A program made the translations under genes and the position numbers. A model generated the notes under the pieces. That model did not search any database and was not told the DNA's origin. It was given only the letters and a program-made list of their open reading frames with translations. From assembly GCA_964511305.1 (NCBI GenBank), contig CAZEEU010000001.1:127214-191213 (forward strand): a stretch of 64,000 bases of DNA, in the 5' to 3' direction. Below are positions 29,585 through 39,983 of this stretch, piece by piece (position 1 is the first letter of the stretch; each line of letters opens with the position of its first letter). Source of the stretch: an uncultured Gammaproteobacteria bacterium. Its GTDB lineage: Bacteria > Patescibacteriota > Microgenomatia > Levybacterales > GWA1-39-11.

Positions 29585-31261
29585 TTATTTTTCAAATACG
29601 GATATTGCTTCCTGCCCGTTTGGATAACGTACTTTATATTTAACCTGGTGTAAGGAAGCTTCCTGTGGTCTGCCGACATATAGCACTCTTCCCGTATAAT
29701 TTGCGCCTGAAGTAGGCTCAAATGTGTAGTTATCAAAACCCTTATGCCTTTCTTTCCATCCGCCACTTAAAGTGCCACCAAGCTTTTGATACTTGGCAGG
29801 ATCAATATTTAGATAAAATAAGAAGAACATATATGACTGGTCGAAAGGGATTTCATTTTCAACAACTATTTTGTCGTATTTATTTGCGTTCACAGATACA
29901 TACTTTATTGCCTGCTTGTATCCATACAACCAGTCTTGAGCAGTAAAGTAATTCATCTGAGAAAAGTACTGATTAAAATAATAAGAAATATTAAGAAGGG
30001 CCAATGCGCAGTATAAGCCTGAAATAGCGAGAAATAGATACTTTAACAATCCTTTCTTTCGGGTCTTAACAAAAATAATAATTGCAAAAATTCCTAGTGC
30101 AATCATTAATTCATAGGTCCACGCAAAATTTAGAGTTCTTACGGCGTGAGGAACCCCACTTGTAATGGATGCAGGCACAGGCACTAACAAGAAGTATGCA
30201 AAAAAAGACATCTTATGTCTCTTGTCAATTTTTAGAAACACTAATGTATATATGCCAACTAACAGTAGCGGGAACTCAAATATATACAAGAGTCCCATGA
30301 ATGGCGCGTGATGACGAGTTATGTCTCCAGTTATAAATAGCCAGTTGAGGTCAAAGTGAGAAATATAGCCATATCCTACAGCCTTAACATACTCTACCCG
30401 TCTGTTATCCAGTATTTTTCCAATAATATTTCCTTCCGCTTCATCTCTTAATAATTTTTCGGATGACCTTTTGACAATTGATTGCTCTGCAAAAATACTT
30501 ACACCCTTTGCTCTCATAAGAGCATTGTTGTTAGATAAAATGTACACACCAAGAGGAAGAGCAACAAGTACTGCTGTGACAATTGAAAGTGCAAGAATTT
30601 TCTTGTTGTCGATCACTTTCTTTATGAAAATTATCGACAAAACTATTACAAGAAGCGGAGAAAAAACTCTCTCGCTCTGGTACATGTGGAGATTTAATGC
30701 TGCAAGCCCAAATGCAAAAGGAAGATATGCGGGCTTTTTAAGACCTTTGAGAAAAAACAAAAAAACAGCAATATTAATAGTAAGTCCAACGTTAGATTCA
30801 AAAGCAATTCGAGAGAACTGGATATGCCATGGAGAAATACTTAACAACAGTGAAACTAAAAGCGCGACGTACTCTGATTTTATTTCAACTTCCCCTATAG
30901 AAATCTTTTTAGTACCAAGCAGCAAACGTGCTAAAAAGTAAACGAGCGCAACAGCGATGACTCCTGCAATTGATGAAGGAAGCCTTACGGCTTGCTCAGT
31001 CAAACCTAAAATTGCGACAAATGGAATATCAAGATATGCATAAAGAGCTGGCTTGTAATCATCGTAAGATCTTAAAACTACCGGTAGAAATGCGCCGTAT
31101 TCGTCCCTACCTGTTGTGAGAATCGATTTTGCGTTGTATCCAAGAGCAACTTCATCCCAATTGAGACTAAGTGGCGTTATTCCTAAATCATATGTCCTTA
31201 GAAATCCAGCAAAAACTAAAATCGCAAAAAGTATAATTAATGGTTTTTGGAAAATTCTCAT
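29585..31261 (-). CDS. ArnT/PMT-like GT-C (DE-x3-GYNA subfamily)
   Basis: WDEVALGYNAKSILTTGRDEYG, DDYKPALY, SPWHIQFSRIAFE. Confidence 0.85.
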   Translation of the reverse strand: MRIFQKPLIILFAILVFAGFLRTYDLGITPLSLNWDEVALGYNAKSILTTGRDEYGAFLPVVLRSYDDYKPALYAYLDIPFVAILGLTEQAVRLPSSIAGVIAVALVYFLARLLLGTKKISIGEVEIKSEYVALLVSLLLSISPWHIQFSRIAFESNVGLTINIAVFLFFLKGLKKPAYLPFAFGLAALNLHMYQSERVFSPLLVIVLSIIFIKKVIDNKKILALSIVTAVLVALPLGVYILSNNNALMRAKGVSIFAEQSIVKRSSEKLLRDEAEGNIIGKILDNRRVEYVKAVGYGYISHFDLNWLFITGDITRHHAPFMGLLYIFEFPLLLVGIYTLVFLKIDKRHKMSFFAYFLLVPVPASITSGVPHAVRTLNFAWTYELMIALGIFAIIIFVKTRKKGLLKYLFLAISGLYCALALLNISYYFNQYFSQMNYFTAQDWLYGYKQAIKYVSVNANKYDKIVVENEIPFDQSYMFFLFYLNIDPAKYQKLGGTLSGGWKERHKGFDNYTFEPTSGANYTGRVLYVGRPQEASLHQVKYKVRYPNGQEAISVFEK

Positions 31262-32883
31262 ATTGTATACGCAACTAATATAGTTCTGCCATTGAGCAAT
31301 TTAAATTCCTTAAGTCTCCTACTCCCATTAGGCAGCTCGTCAGGATGCACGATATATAAAGCATTTTTCTTTTTAGCCTGTTGAGGTTTTTCTGAAAAAT
31401 ATATTTTGTCAAAACTTCGTACATGCACAAATCCTAAAGGTTCTCTGTATATATCTGCGCTTAGTCTAAATTTTTCAGGATTGTATTTTAAATAGAAAAG
31501 ATAATAAATATACGGCCTTCCTAAAGCTTCTGTCATATAAATCTCGTCGTATGTATTAAAGTTATTCTGAACATACGAAATTGCCTCTTTGTACCCATAC
31601 TGCCATTCCCCAGAATATTCTTTAGGATATTGGAAGAAAAGATTATGTCCAAAATAAATCACAGAAAACAAAATTACTATTGAAAGGGCAATTTTGGAGA
31701 ATATTTGGACTTTACCTCTAAGCATTCCTATCGCAACACAGGCTCCGATTGCGCTAACTATTTGGAAGAAAGGTACCGCACTCTCTGTACGTAATGCATG
31801 AGGCGTTTCACGAGCAAATCCTGCAGGAATGAGAGCTACACCAATCATAAAAGGAACTACCCACCAATGCTTAGTTCTTTTCCGAAACAGAACTAAAAAA
31901 CCAATAATAAGAAATGGCAGCTCCCATAAATACATCTGGCCAACATCCTGTACCGAAAATTTAGGATTCCCATCACCAGTAACAAAGAGGTATTTTGGTG
32001 TTAAGTTGTCGAAATAATGTTTGAGGTACTCTACTCCATATGCAAATCTTCTGTTATGAATTATTTTCGAATAAGCGGAATTATTATCATTAGCCACTTC
32101 TTGATTTGTCCTGTTAATAACTGAAATATCAGAAAATATATTAACTTCGGCAAATCGTAATTTAGCTTGAGGTGATTGAAGGAATATAAATAAGGGAAGA
32201 AACAAAGTAACGCCAATTACAGCAGCAGTTATTGTTACAGTTAAATTTTTAAGCAAGAATTTGAAATGAACTATTAAAAGTACGGCAATAATTATGGGGA
32301 CCGTTACTCTTGCCGAATTAAACGTATACATTGAAGCAACAAACGAAAGGACTGATAGAGGTAAATACCATTTTTTTTCATTAATGCTTTTGAAAAAGAA
32401 CAGAAGACCCAGAACAATAAGCATTGTCGAAACATTTGCCTCAAAAGCGGCTCTTGAAAGCATAATGTGCCACGGAGAAATTGCAACAATAAAAGAAGCA
32501 ACTAATGCTTCTTTCTGTCTATCTTTTCCGAATAACTGAATGACAAGCAAGTATGTTAGAAAAACAGTTATAACCCCAGCTACAGCTGACGGCAACCTCA
32601 CAGCCAATTCAGTCATACCAAGAATTTTTACTGGCAATATATCCAGATAAGCATATAGTGGAGGCTTAAAGTCACCGAATGATTCCAGATATAAAATAGG
32701 CAAAAAAACTCCAAATTCATCCTTACCATCAAGACCAAGTGAATACGCATTATATCCCCATGCAACCTCGTCCCACGTCAAAGAAGGTGGATTTACTGAA
32801 AGATGAAACAGCCTAAAGAAGGTAGCTACCAATAATATTCCTAGAAGAATTAATACGACCTTATTTTTCATATATTTTGTCAT
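31258..32883 (-). CDS. ArnT/PMT-like GT-C (DE-x3-GYNA subfamily); start may be 32871
   Basis: WDEVAWGYNAYSLGLDGKDEFG, GDFKPPLY, SPWHIMLSRAAFE. Confidence 0.85.
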   Translation of the reverse strand: MTKYMKNKVVLILLGILLVATFFRLFHLSVNPPSLTWDEVAWGYNAYSLGLDGKDEFGVFLPILYLESFGDFKPPLYAYLDILPVKILGMTELAVRLPSAVAGVITVFLTYLLVIQLFGKDRQKEALVASFIVAISPWHIMLSRAAFEANVSTMLIVLGLLFFFKSINEKKWYLPLSVLSFVASMYTFNSARVTVPIIIAVLLIVHFKFLLKNLTVTITAAVIGVTLFLPLFIFLQSPQAKLRFAEVNIFSDISVINRTNQEVANDNNSAYSKIIHNRRFAYGVEYLKHYFDNLTPKYLFVTGDGNPKFSVQDVGQMYLWELPFLIIGFLVLFRKRTKHWWVVPFMIGVALIPAGFARETPHALRTESAVPFFQIVSAIGACVAIGMLRGKVQIFSKIALSIVILFSVIYFGHNLFFQYPKEYSGEWQYGYKEAISYVQNNFNTYDEIYMTEALGRPYIYYLFYLKYNPEKFRLSADIYREPLGFVHVRSFDKIYFSEKPQQAKKKNALYIVHPDELPNGSRRLKEFKLLNGRTILVAYTI

Positions 32884-34849
32884 TGGACTCGTCTTTTAAT
32901 ATAGTATCAATTTTTTGATGATTGGCCTTAAGCACATTCACTTCTTTATTCTTATATATGGTATCTAAAAATATTGCAGAATTTGTAGCAAAAAGACTAG
33001 TTTTAGGACCAAGAACGATATAGGAAATATTATTTGTTTTGATTGCACGGGCAACATCCGAAAGTCCGCCGTCCATAATTATTGTTTGTACCGAAATAGG
33101 CTTAGTCACTTTCACATTATGACTTTCAAGAATTTGAATTCCCGATAAAAACATTGGCTGATTTGAAAAATATGCGATATATGGACTCGATTTATCCAAA
33201 GCAAAATATGTATGGTCAACAACAACCAATCCCTTAGGCTGCGCTGAAAGAAATGAAAATGCGTTCAGCTGGTTATTGCTTAATGTCAGCATTTGATGAG
33301 TTGTTAATCTTCTTACATTTTGTTTAGTTTCAAAAAACACTCTAGGAATTGTCAGTCCAATAATAACAACAGCTATAAGAAAACCTACTTTCTTAAATGA
33401 CGTGAGCCAGAAAACCGTTGCGGCAGTATAAATACTTCCAAAAACAAAAACATTCACAAGAAAGTTAAAAGTATTTGAACCCCCAGAAGTCTGCTGAAAA
33501 AAGAAGCCAACAATAAGACTTGGGATAATGCCAGCAATAAGAAAGATGTGCAATTCAACAGGAAATAAATTCAAACTTTTTCTTGATTGTATAAGCCCAA
33601 GTAATTTAGTACCAAATAACGCAAACACGGTAATTCCGACATAGAGTACTTCAAATGCAAATGCCTTTAGTGGTTTGGAGTCTTCAGCAAATATCCGTCT
33701 TGCCAACTCTAACCTTTCAAGTTGTAAATATGGTTGCACTATAAAATTTTCAAAAAACCAAAATGATGTGAAATACAAACCACCCGCACCACGATTTACC
33801 GGAAGGTAAATGATGGCAACGACTGCTGCGCAAATACAAACAAGTAACAGATTAAAATATTGCCTCTTAATAATCCACCAGATGCTTAGCGCGCCAAGGC
33901 CTGCTATTGCAAATATCCCAACGTACACTTTAAAACCTATTAGGGTTCCAAAAACCACTCCCAAAATTAAGGTTGTTGCTATATTCCGCTTATTTGAAAG
34001 CCAATGACTCAACAATATTAGACCACCAAATAATTGCACGGTTGCGAATGCACGGGGAGGATTACTAAGAAATTTTGCTCCATCCTCTAAAGAACTCATG
34101 CTGAAGAAGTTAGTTCCCTTCTGAAGAAATATCATAAGCATCCATATAAAATCTCCACCAAAATAAACAAATATTAGCAACCAGAATGCATATCGTATTT
34201 TTTTTGTATAACTTAAGCTAAATACTAATACAACAAGTCCTAAAAGAGCCGGAAGATAGACTGCAGATACTTGGTACTGCAAAATATTGACCGGAATCAT
34301 AAAAACCCGACTTAGGTCGGCAATAAATACATTCGATAAATAATGATAATTTTTAACTATGACTCCTGAAAGACCTGGTTCATAGGGAGGAATATTTTTG
34401 ATAATTTCATGGCTTAAGGAGAGAAAATACAAATTGTCGCTTGCATCTATGCAACAGAATGAAATACCCTGAGTCTCTTTTACACCCATGAATATTCCAA
34501 ATGACATTTGCATCAATATTCCAAGAATAATAATGCCAACGATAGGAAATAACGATTTTGGGATACCCAAATGAATCTTTATATTTCGGAATTTGACAAT
34601 CCAAATTGCCAGTGCTCCTATTATATAAAGGTGTGATACAAACCTTATGTTAAGAAATCCTATTATAAAGCCGAGTAATACCCACGAAGCGGTACCTATG
34701 ACAAAAGAAGACACTATAGAACTAAGTGGAGACAGGGAGAGCTTGGAGGAGCGCAACATAACTGCTCCCGGAATAAAAATTGCCAAAAAGATAGCTAAAA
34801 AAGAATAGGAAAAGTAAAAAATAAATTCAACGGAGAGTAAATTGTACAT
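32861..34849 (-). CDS. Polytopic membrane protein, GT-C candidate
   Basis: 662 aa; extra N-terminal TMs, then DASDNLYF..IPPYEPG..NYHY, NPPR, FKVY. Confidence 0.6.
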   Translation of the reverse strand: MYNLLSVEFIFYFSYSFLAIFLAIFIPGAVMLRSSKLSLSPLSSIVSSFVIGTASWVLLGFIIGFLNIRFVSHLYIIGALAIWIVKFRNIKIHLGIPKSLFPIVGIIILGILMQMSFGIFMGVKETQGISFCCIDASDNLYFLSLSHEIIKNIPPYEPGLSGVIVKNYHYLSNVFIADLSRVFMIPVNILQYQVSAVYLPALLGLVVLVFSLSYTKKIRYAFWLLIFVYFGGDFIWMLMIFLQKGTNFFSMSSLEDGAKFLSNPPRAFATVQLFGGLILLSHWLSNKRNIATTLILGVVFGTLIGFKVYVGIFAIAGLGALSIWWIIKRQYFNLLLVCICAAVVAIIYLPVNRGAGGLYFTSFWFFENFIVQPYLQLERLELARRIFAEDSKPLKAFAFEVLYVGITVFALFGTKLLGLIQSRKSLNLFPVELHIFLIAGIIPSLIVGFFFQQTSGGSNTFNFLVNVFVFGSIYTAATVFWLTSFKKVGFLIAVVIIGLTIPRVFFETKQNVRRLTTHQMLTLSNNQLNAFSFLSAQPKGLVVVDHTYFALDKSSPYIAYFSNQPMFLSGIQILESHNVKVTKPISVQTIIMDGGLSDVARAIKTNNISYIVLGPKTSLFATNSAIFLDTIYKNKEVNVLKANHQKIDTILKDESNDKIYEK

Positions 34850-34851
34850 TG

Positions 34852-36090
34852 CTATTTACCTTCACTTTCATCTGGCCAAAAGTAAGCTGTTAAAAATACC
34901 ATAGTAAGATACCCTACGTGACTATTATTAAAATATCGAGACATATACCAATATACAAATACCAAAAGGCCATAGGAAAGAATTAAGATTTTTACTTTAG
35001 GATACTTACGTAAAAAGCCCAGCAAAATCACCAACACAGGAACCACAAAAAGCACTTGCCACAGAACGAATGGATAAGAGGAATTCAAGTCTTTAATAAA
35101 ACCTAATTGATGAAGTAGCATTCCCAAACCATAACCGGATATTGGATAGCTATGTGCAGTATTTCCTGATAGGTAAAAAACAGTACTATCAAGAAAAGCA
35201 CCCGGATTCCATAGAAAAAAGGGAATAACTAGGATGGCAAATGTTACAAAAAAAGAACTTAAACGAATCGTTGTACGACGAAGATTATCAGATACAAAAT
35301 ATATATAAGCAACATACAGCGGTATGAAAGGCCATATAGACTGCTTAACTGCAAAAGCAAGTGCTAGAAGAATTCCCGAAATGAGGTACTTCTTACGTGA
35401 TAATAGGATCATTGACAGAAAAAAGAATGCAAACATAAAAACGTCACTTCTGCCCTCTAAGGTATAAGCAAACATCGCAGGATTAAGCGCTAAAATACCT
35501 GTAAAAATAAGTTTTTGCTCTTTATCTTTTATGAAGTAAAAGGCACTAATACAAAGAGAAAGGTACAAAAAGAATAATGGAATACGACCATCAAAATACC
35601 CAATTGTATGATTTGAAATGTAATAAAACGGAAGTGAAAAGAGCAAATAAAATGGCATCATCACAAAATGGTACAGGGCTGGGTTAACTGCGGTATCACT
35701 ATAGTGCCACTGCGCCATAAACGTGTTGTGATATGTAGCTGCCCAAGGATTGATACCATCTAGGAAAAACCTTATTGCAGCCTCGAGTTGTAAGATAATA
35801 TCGTGGATCTGAAAAAGAGGTGCAACTTTGTGACGCACCATAATTGCTGAGATAAATGTACCCCCTACAACGAGTGCAAGAAGAGTCCAAAAAACAATGT
35901 ATTTAAAAAAGTAATACCTTTTTTCAGGCATCGGGACTATATCAAGTAAAAAATTGATAAATATTCCTGCAAATATCAAACCGAACTGGATGTAATTTGT
36001 GTCACCAGGAAAAATCTGATATGTCATTATCACGGGGATAAGAAGTGCCGCCAATATTACGCTGGACAAAGAAAGGCGCTGGTTTTTCAT
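34852..36090 (-). CDS. GT87/DUF2029-like GT-C glycosyltransferase
   Basis: IHD, GINPW, EGRSD, AVKQ, PFFLWNPGAF. Confidence 0.7.
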   Translation of the reverse strand: MKNQRLSLSSVILAALLIPVIMTYQIFPGDTNYIQFGLIFAGIFINFLLDIVPMPEKRYYFFKYIVFWTLLALVVGGTFISAIMVRHKVAPLFQIHDIILQLEAAIRFFLDGINPWAATYHNTFMAQWHYSDTAVNPALYHFVMMPFYLLFSLPFYYISNHTIGYFDGRIPLFFLYLSLCISAFYFIKDKEQKLIFTGILALNPAMFAYTLEGRSDVFMFAFFFLSMILLSRKKYLISGILLALAFAVKQSIWPFIPLYVAYIYFVSDNLRRTTIRLSSFFVTFAILVIPFFLWNPGAFLDSTVFYLSGNTAHSYPISGYGLGMLLHQLGFIKDLNSSYPFVLWQVLFVVPVLVILLGFLRKYPKVKILILSYGLLVFVYWYMSRYFNNSHVGYLTMVFLTAYFWPDESEGK

Positions 36091-36815
36091 GAAGTAAATC
36101 GGTATTTAATAAGTGTCCACAGTGCTATTGTTCCATCATGTACAGGGCGAATCTTTTTACCCTCGTCGTATCCTCTTGGATTTGTTGTAATATCAAGTTC
36201 TAAAATGTGTATTCCTTTTTTTAGGATCTTCGCTGTAATTTCTGGCTCAAAGTCAAACGACCTTGATTTTAACTTAATCCCATCCAAAGCTGATTTTAAG
36301 AATAGTTTATATCCTGTTTCCATATCAGTAATGCTTTCACCATATAGAACTGAAGTGGCCATACTTAAGAATTTGTTCCCTATGTAATGAAATGGTAGAG
36401 GTGTCCTTCCTTTTCCGAATAAAACAACGTCTTGTCTAAGCCTTGTACCATAGACAACCTTTTCTTTACCATCAAGTATTGGCTTAAGAAGCATTGGAAT
36501 TTCAGTCGGATCATATTCAAGATCAGCGTCTTGAATAAGAAGAACAGATCCTTTAGCATTTTCAAAACCTGTAATAACAGCAGCGCCTTTCCCTTGATTT
36601 ACTTTGTGCTGGATGAATTTGATATTGGTTATTTTCTTCTTTTTCTCAGTAATCACCTGTGCAGATTTGTCTTTAGAACCATCATCTACCACGACAATTT
36701 CTATTTCTAGTTGCGGAATATTAAGCTTGTTCAGCTTATCAAGAACAATGCCAATTGTCTTCTCTTCGTTATATACAGGAATGACAATGGAAAGGAGTTT
36801 TATTGATGAATTCAT
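36087..36815 (-). CDS. GT2, polyprenol-phosphate mannose synthase-like (DPM1/Ppm1 type)
   Basis: IPVYNEE, VDDGSKD, NQGKGAA, QDADLEYDP, DMETGYK, FEPE. Confidence 0.9.
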   Translation of the reverse strand: MNSSIKLLSIVIPVYNEEKTIGIVLDKLNKLNIPQLEIEIVVVDDGSKDKSAQVITEKKKKITNIKFIQHKVNQGKGAAVITGFENAKGSVLLIQDADLEYDPTEIPMLLKPILDGKEKVVYGTRLRQDVVLFGKGRTPLPFHYIGNKFLSMATSVLYGESITDMETGYKLFLKSALDGIKLKSRSFDFEPEITAKILKKGIHILELDITTNPRGYDEGKKIRPVHDGTIALWTLIKYRFTS

Positions 36816-37741
36816 GCGATGTGATGTAAGAGCTCAACATCAGAACGTTGATATAATTTCTGCTGTATCTTACGTCTTTTCATTATAGCAGGTAACTTAA
36901 TCAGGGCAAGGAATAATCCTTTCAAAAAAGCTCTATCTCCACCCTTTATAGCCCGTAATATATGCAGTGGGAGTCTAATAATATGGCTTACTATTAGACT
37001 TGAGGAAGTGATATTTTTCCATGTAAATATGAATTGATTTCTATATGCTGCCGTTGTTATTCTCTCCTTTTTAAAGCCTGTAAGTATTGCACCCTCACCG
37101 TGATAGTGCTCAACAACTGACTCCTTATCAAAACAAATTCTATAACCAGATTTAACAGCTCTATATGAAAGGTCTATATCTTCCCAATAAAATGGGTTAA
37201 ATAGTATATCCATACCTCCAATTTTTACAAAAAGTTCTCTCCTTAAGATACAACTACCGCCGGATATCCAAAAGGTATCGGGACTCTCCTCATCGCCCTT
37301 ACTATGAACAATCATCCCACCTCTCCAGGAACCTATCCCACGGCCACGCTTTACCACCCTCTCCCCTTCATGACTCTCATCCATACACCCTATACCAAAA
37401 TATAAAGGGTCTGATTTCATCTTGTTCAAAAGACTCTCAAGAAAGTCCCGCTTAGGAACCACATCACTATTGAGAAGGACCACAAATTCTGCATGTGAAT
37501 GTGATACTCCCGTGTTAATTGCAGATGAAAAACCTTTGTTGTGCGCATGCTCAACAAGCATTATTTTTTTGCTTTTGAGGGAGCTTACAATTTCTCTGAG
37601 CTTTTTCTTATCTTCAAGGGTAGAACCATCATCTATTACTATAATTTTGCCTGTATAGTTCTCGTGCGCCAATAATACTTTTGGTAAGTTCTTTGCAAAG
37701 AGATGGGCTCCGTTATAGTTAGGTATTACAATATCAACCAT
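36812..37741 (-). CDS. GT2 glycosyltransferase (WbbL-like)
   Basis: IPNYNG, DDGS, NKGFS, LLNSD, YWEDIDL; start refined from 37810. Confidence 0.88.
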   Translation of the reverse strand: MVDIVIPNYNGAHLFAKNLPKVLLAHENYTGKIIVIDDGSTLEDKKKLREIVSSLKSKKIMLVEHAHNKGFSSAINTGVSHSHAEFVVLLNSDVVPKRDFLESLLNKMKSDPLYFGIGCMDESHEGERVVKRGRGIGSWRGGMIVHSKGDEESPDTFWISGGSCILRRELFVKIGGMDILFNPFYWEDIDLSYRAVKSGYRICFDKESVVEHYHGEGAILTGFKKERITTAAYRNQFIFTWKNITSSSLIVSHIIRLPLHILRAIKGGDRAFLKGLFLALIKLPAIMKRRKIQQKLYQRSDVELLHHIA

Positions 37742-37742
37742 T

Positions 37743-39983
37743 TTAAAAAAGACTGTCCTTAAATAGTACAGTATGATTCCCGGCTTGAATATATACGCCC
37801 CGAAAAGCATGATTTGTCTTATAAATTTTTGTCAAATTACCGTCAATATACATTTTCCATGTAGGATAAAACGCGTCAGATAGAACTAAAAATCCAGCTC
37901 CTTTATTATAGGTATTAATCTCCACACTATTTTCAGAGTACTTTGTTATTATGGCGTCTCCAACGCTAAGATCTGCTTTATCTTCAAGACCTTCAACAAC
38001 AGCAGAGGATTTAAGATCACTTGAAAATATCTGCTTGATAGATTCATTAGCCCTAACAGTATTTTTAACAAAATAAGCTCGTGGATATGCATTAAGGTTT
38101 TTATATATCTTAGTCTCGCCTTCTTCAAAAACCTTTACAAGCTTAGGTGAATCAATTGGATCAATGGATAGAACAAAAGTCACGTTCATAAAGTCAAACA
38201 TTTGAGAATTGTAATTATGTGGGGTAATTATTCTATTAAATCCAAATGGCGGTGAGCTATTAGGTTTGTCTCTTTCCATTGAGGCAATATACTCAGCATA
38301 AGAATTAAGATATAAAGGATCATACCCCTCGATAGATTGGATTTTGTAATGCGTCAAAAAATTTGGAGCAAGTATTCTGTGATCCATCACAGCAACCCTA
38401 AATATTCCTTGCTGCGATTGTAAAAAATTTAACGATTTTGTTGTTGGATATAAATATTGAGCTTGAGAAAATGGAGTAAATTTTTGAGCAAACCTTAACA
38501 TATCAAATGATGTTAAAAGAAAGAGCACGCAAATTATAGAAAATCTTACTTTTTTGCTTTTTGTCAAAAAATTTATACTAATAATAATTGCACTGACCAA
38601 AAACAGACCAAATGGCAACATAAGATTTCTTAATGCAACCTTCGCCTGTTCTACGTGTCCAAGGAAAAATGAATTAGGAAAAATTACAAAATAAAATAAC
38701 ACGATAAAGCAAAGACCTACAAGCAGTATGGGAATAGAAGCCCTTTTTATTTGTAATCGCTCCGTTGTGATGTTGTTAAGCCCATACGCAGACAGCACCG
38801 CTAATCCAAAACATGCTAGAAATATCAGTCGTGTGGGTTGTGCACTAGAAAGGAATGGGATTGACGCAATAAAAGGCAATGCGGAAACCCCGGTCGGAAG
38901 ACTGAATACCAAACTAAGCAGAATTACTAACCCCATGAAAATGGTAGTTTTATTCTTTTTTGTGAATGCAAAAAATGCTAAAAGAAGAGGAATAATTCCA
39001 ATATACCCAACGAATTCTGCATAGTTAAAAACACCTACATAATTAAGGGTTGCAGGATTACCGAAATAGTCGGGAGCTATAAATTGAGCCAAATTTCTCC
39101 ATGGAATGAACCATCCTTCAATTTCATAAAATTGACGATCCGTCGCTCGAGCTGAATTTACAACAAACAATAACGCCGGATACCACTGAATAAAAGTTAC
39201 AATCCCAAAACCAAGGCAAATAAGAAGATACACCAACAAGGTCTTTACGTCCCTTCTCCATTTCAGAATAAAATAAGCGCATGCTACAAGAAATACATAT
39301 AAAAAAGATTGAGTATGTCCAGCAAGAAATGAGCTTGAGAAAGCCACAGTTATTACAAAGGCCCACATGTTCCTATTTTTGCGTGATGTAAGATGGTCTA
39401 TGCCTAAGAGAATAAGAGGCAGCCACAAAGCCGTATGCACTACGTTCCCCCATGTCAGCCAACTAACACAAAAGCCACAAAAGGAAAAAGCTAAAGAACC
39501 AAGCGCACAGGATGGCGAATTTAACTTTAAGTTCTTAAGGTATAAATACATAAAAAGACAAGCAAGTACTGTCTGAAGAACAATAAATACACCCCACGAA
39601 ATAGATATTGGGAAAATAAAGAACAATATATTAAGTGGGTAAAATGCTGAAGACTGTATATTGCCAACCAATGGCTTTCCTGTCATTTCATATGGGTTCC
39701 ATGATGGAAGCTCTCCTTTTTTAAGAATATTTACAGATAGTTCCTTCCATACATAAGTTTGTCTAACAGGGTCTGTTATAAGAAAGTTTTTAAAAGGAAT
39801 ACCTCGGGGATAATCACTGCTATAAAAATCTCTGAAGGGGTGATATAAACCAACTAATGAATCGGTAGGAATAGGTGCCCTGTTAAAAATTAAAAACGGA
39901 GAATAAAAAACAATAATAATAGCAGCTAGCAAAATGGGGAAGATTATTTTCTTTACTCTTACAAGAGTATCCTTAGTTACCAT
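37743..39983 (-). CDS. YfhO-family GT-C membrane protein
   Basis: TDPVRQ, PSWNPY..GKP, AGHTQ, YFGNP, GYDPLY, FYPTW; start refined from 40007. Confidence 0.82.
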   Translation of the reverse strand: MVTKDTLVRVKKIIFPILLAAIIIVFYSPFLIFNRAPIPTDSLVGLYHPFRDFYSSDYPRGIPFKNFLITDPVRQTYVWKELSVNILKKGELPSWNPYEMTGKPLVGNIQSSAFYPLNILFFIFPISISWGVFIVLQTVLACLFMYLYLKNLKLNSPSCALGSLAFSFCGFCVSWLTWGNVVHTALWLPLILLGIDHLTSRKNRNMWAFVITVAFSSSFLAGHTQSFLYVFLVACAYFILKWRRDVKTLLVYLLICLGFGIVTFIQWYPALLFVVNSARATDRQFYEIEGWFIPWRNLAQFIAPDYFGNPATLNYVGVFNYAEFVGYIGIIPLLLAFFAFTKKNKTTIFMGLVILLSLVFSLPTGVSALPFIASIPFLSSAQPTRLIFLACFGLAVLSAYGLNNITTERLQIKRASIPILLVGLCFIVLFYFVIFPNSFFLGHVEQAKVALRNLMLPFGLFLVSAIIISINFLTKSKKVRFSIICVLFLLTSFDMLRFAQKFTPFSQAQYLYPTTKSLNFLQSQQGIFRVAVMDHRILAPNFLTHYKIQSIEGYDPLYLNSYAEYIASMERDKPNSSPPFGFNRIITPHNYNSQMFDFMNVTFVLSIDPIDSPKLVKVFEEGETKIYKNLNAYPRAYFVKNTVRANESIKQIFSSDLKSSAVVEGLEDKADLSVGDAIITKYSENSVEINTYNKGAGFLVLSDAFYPTWKMYIDGNLTKIYKTNHAFRGVYIQAGNHTVLFKDSLF

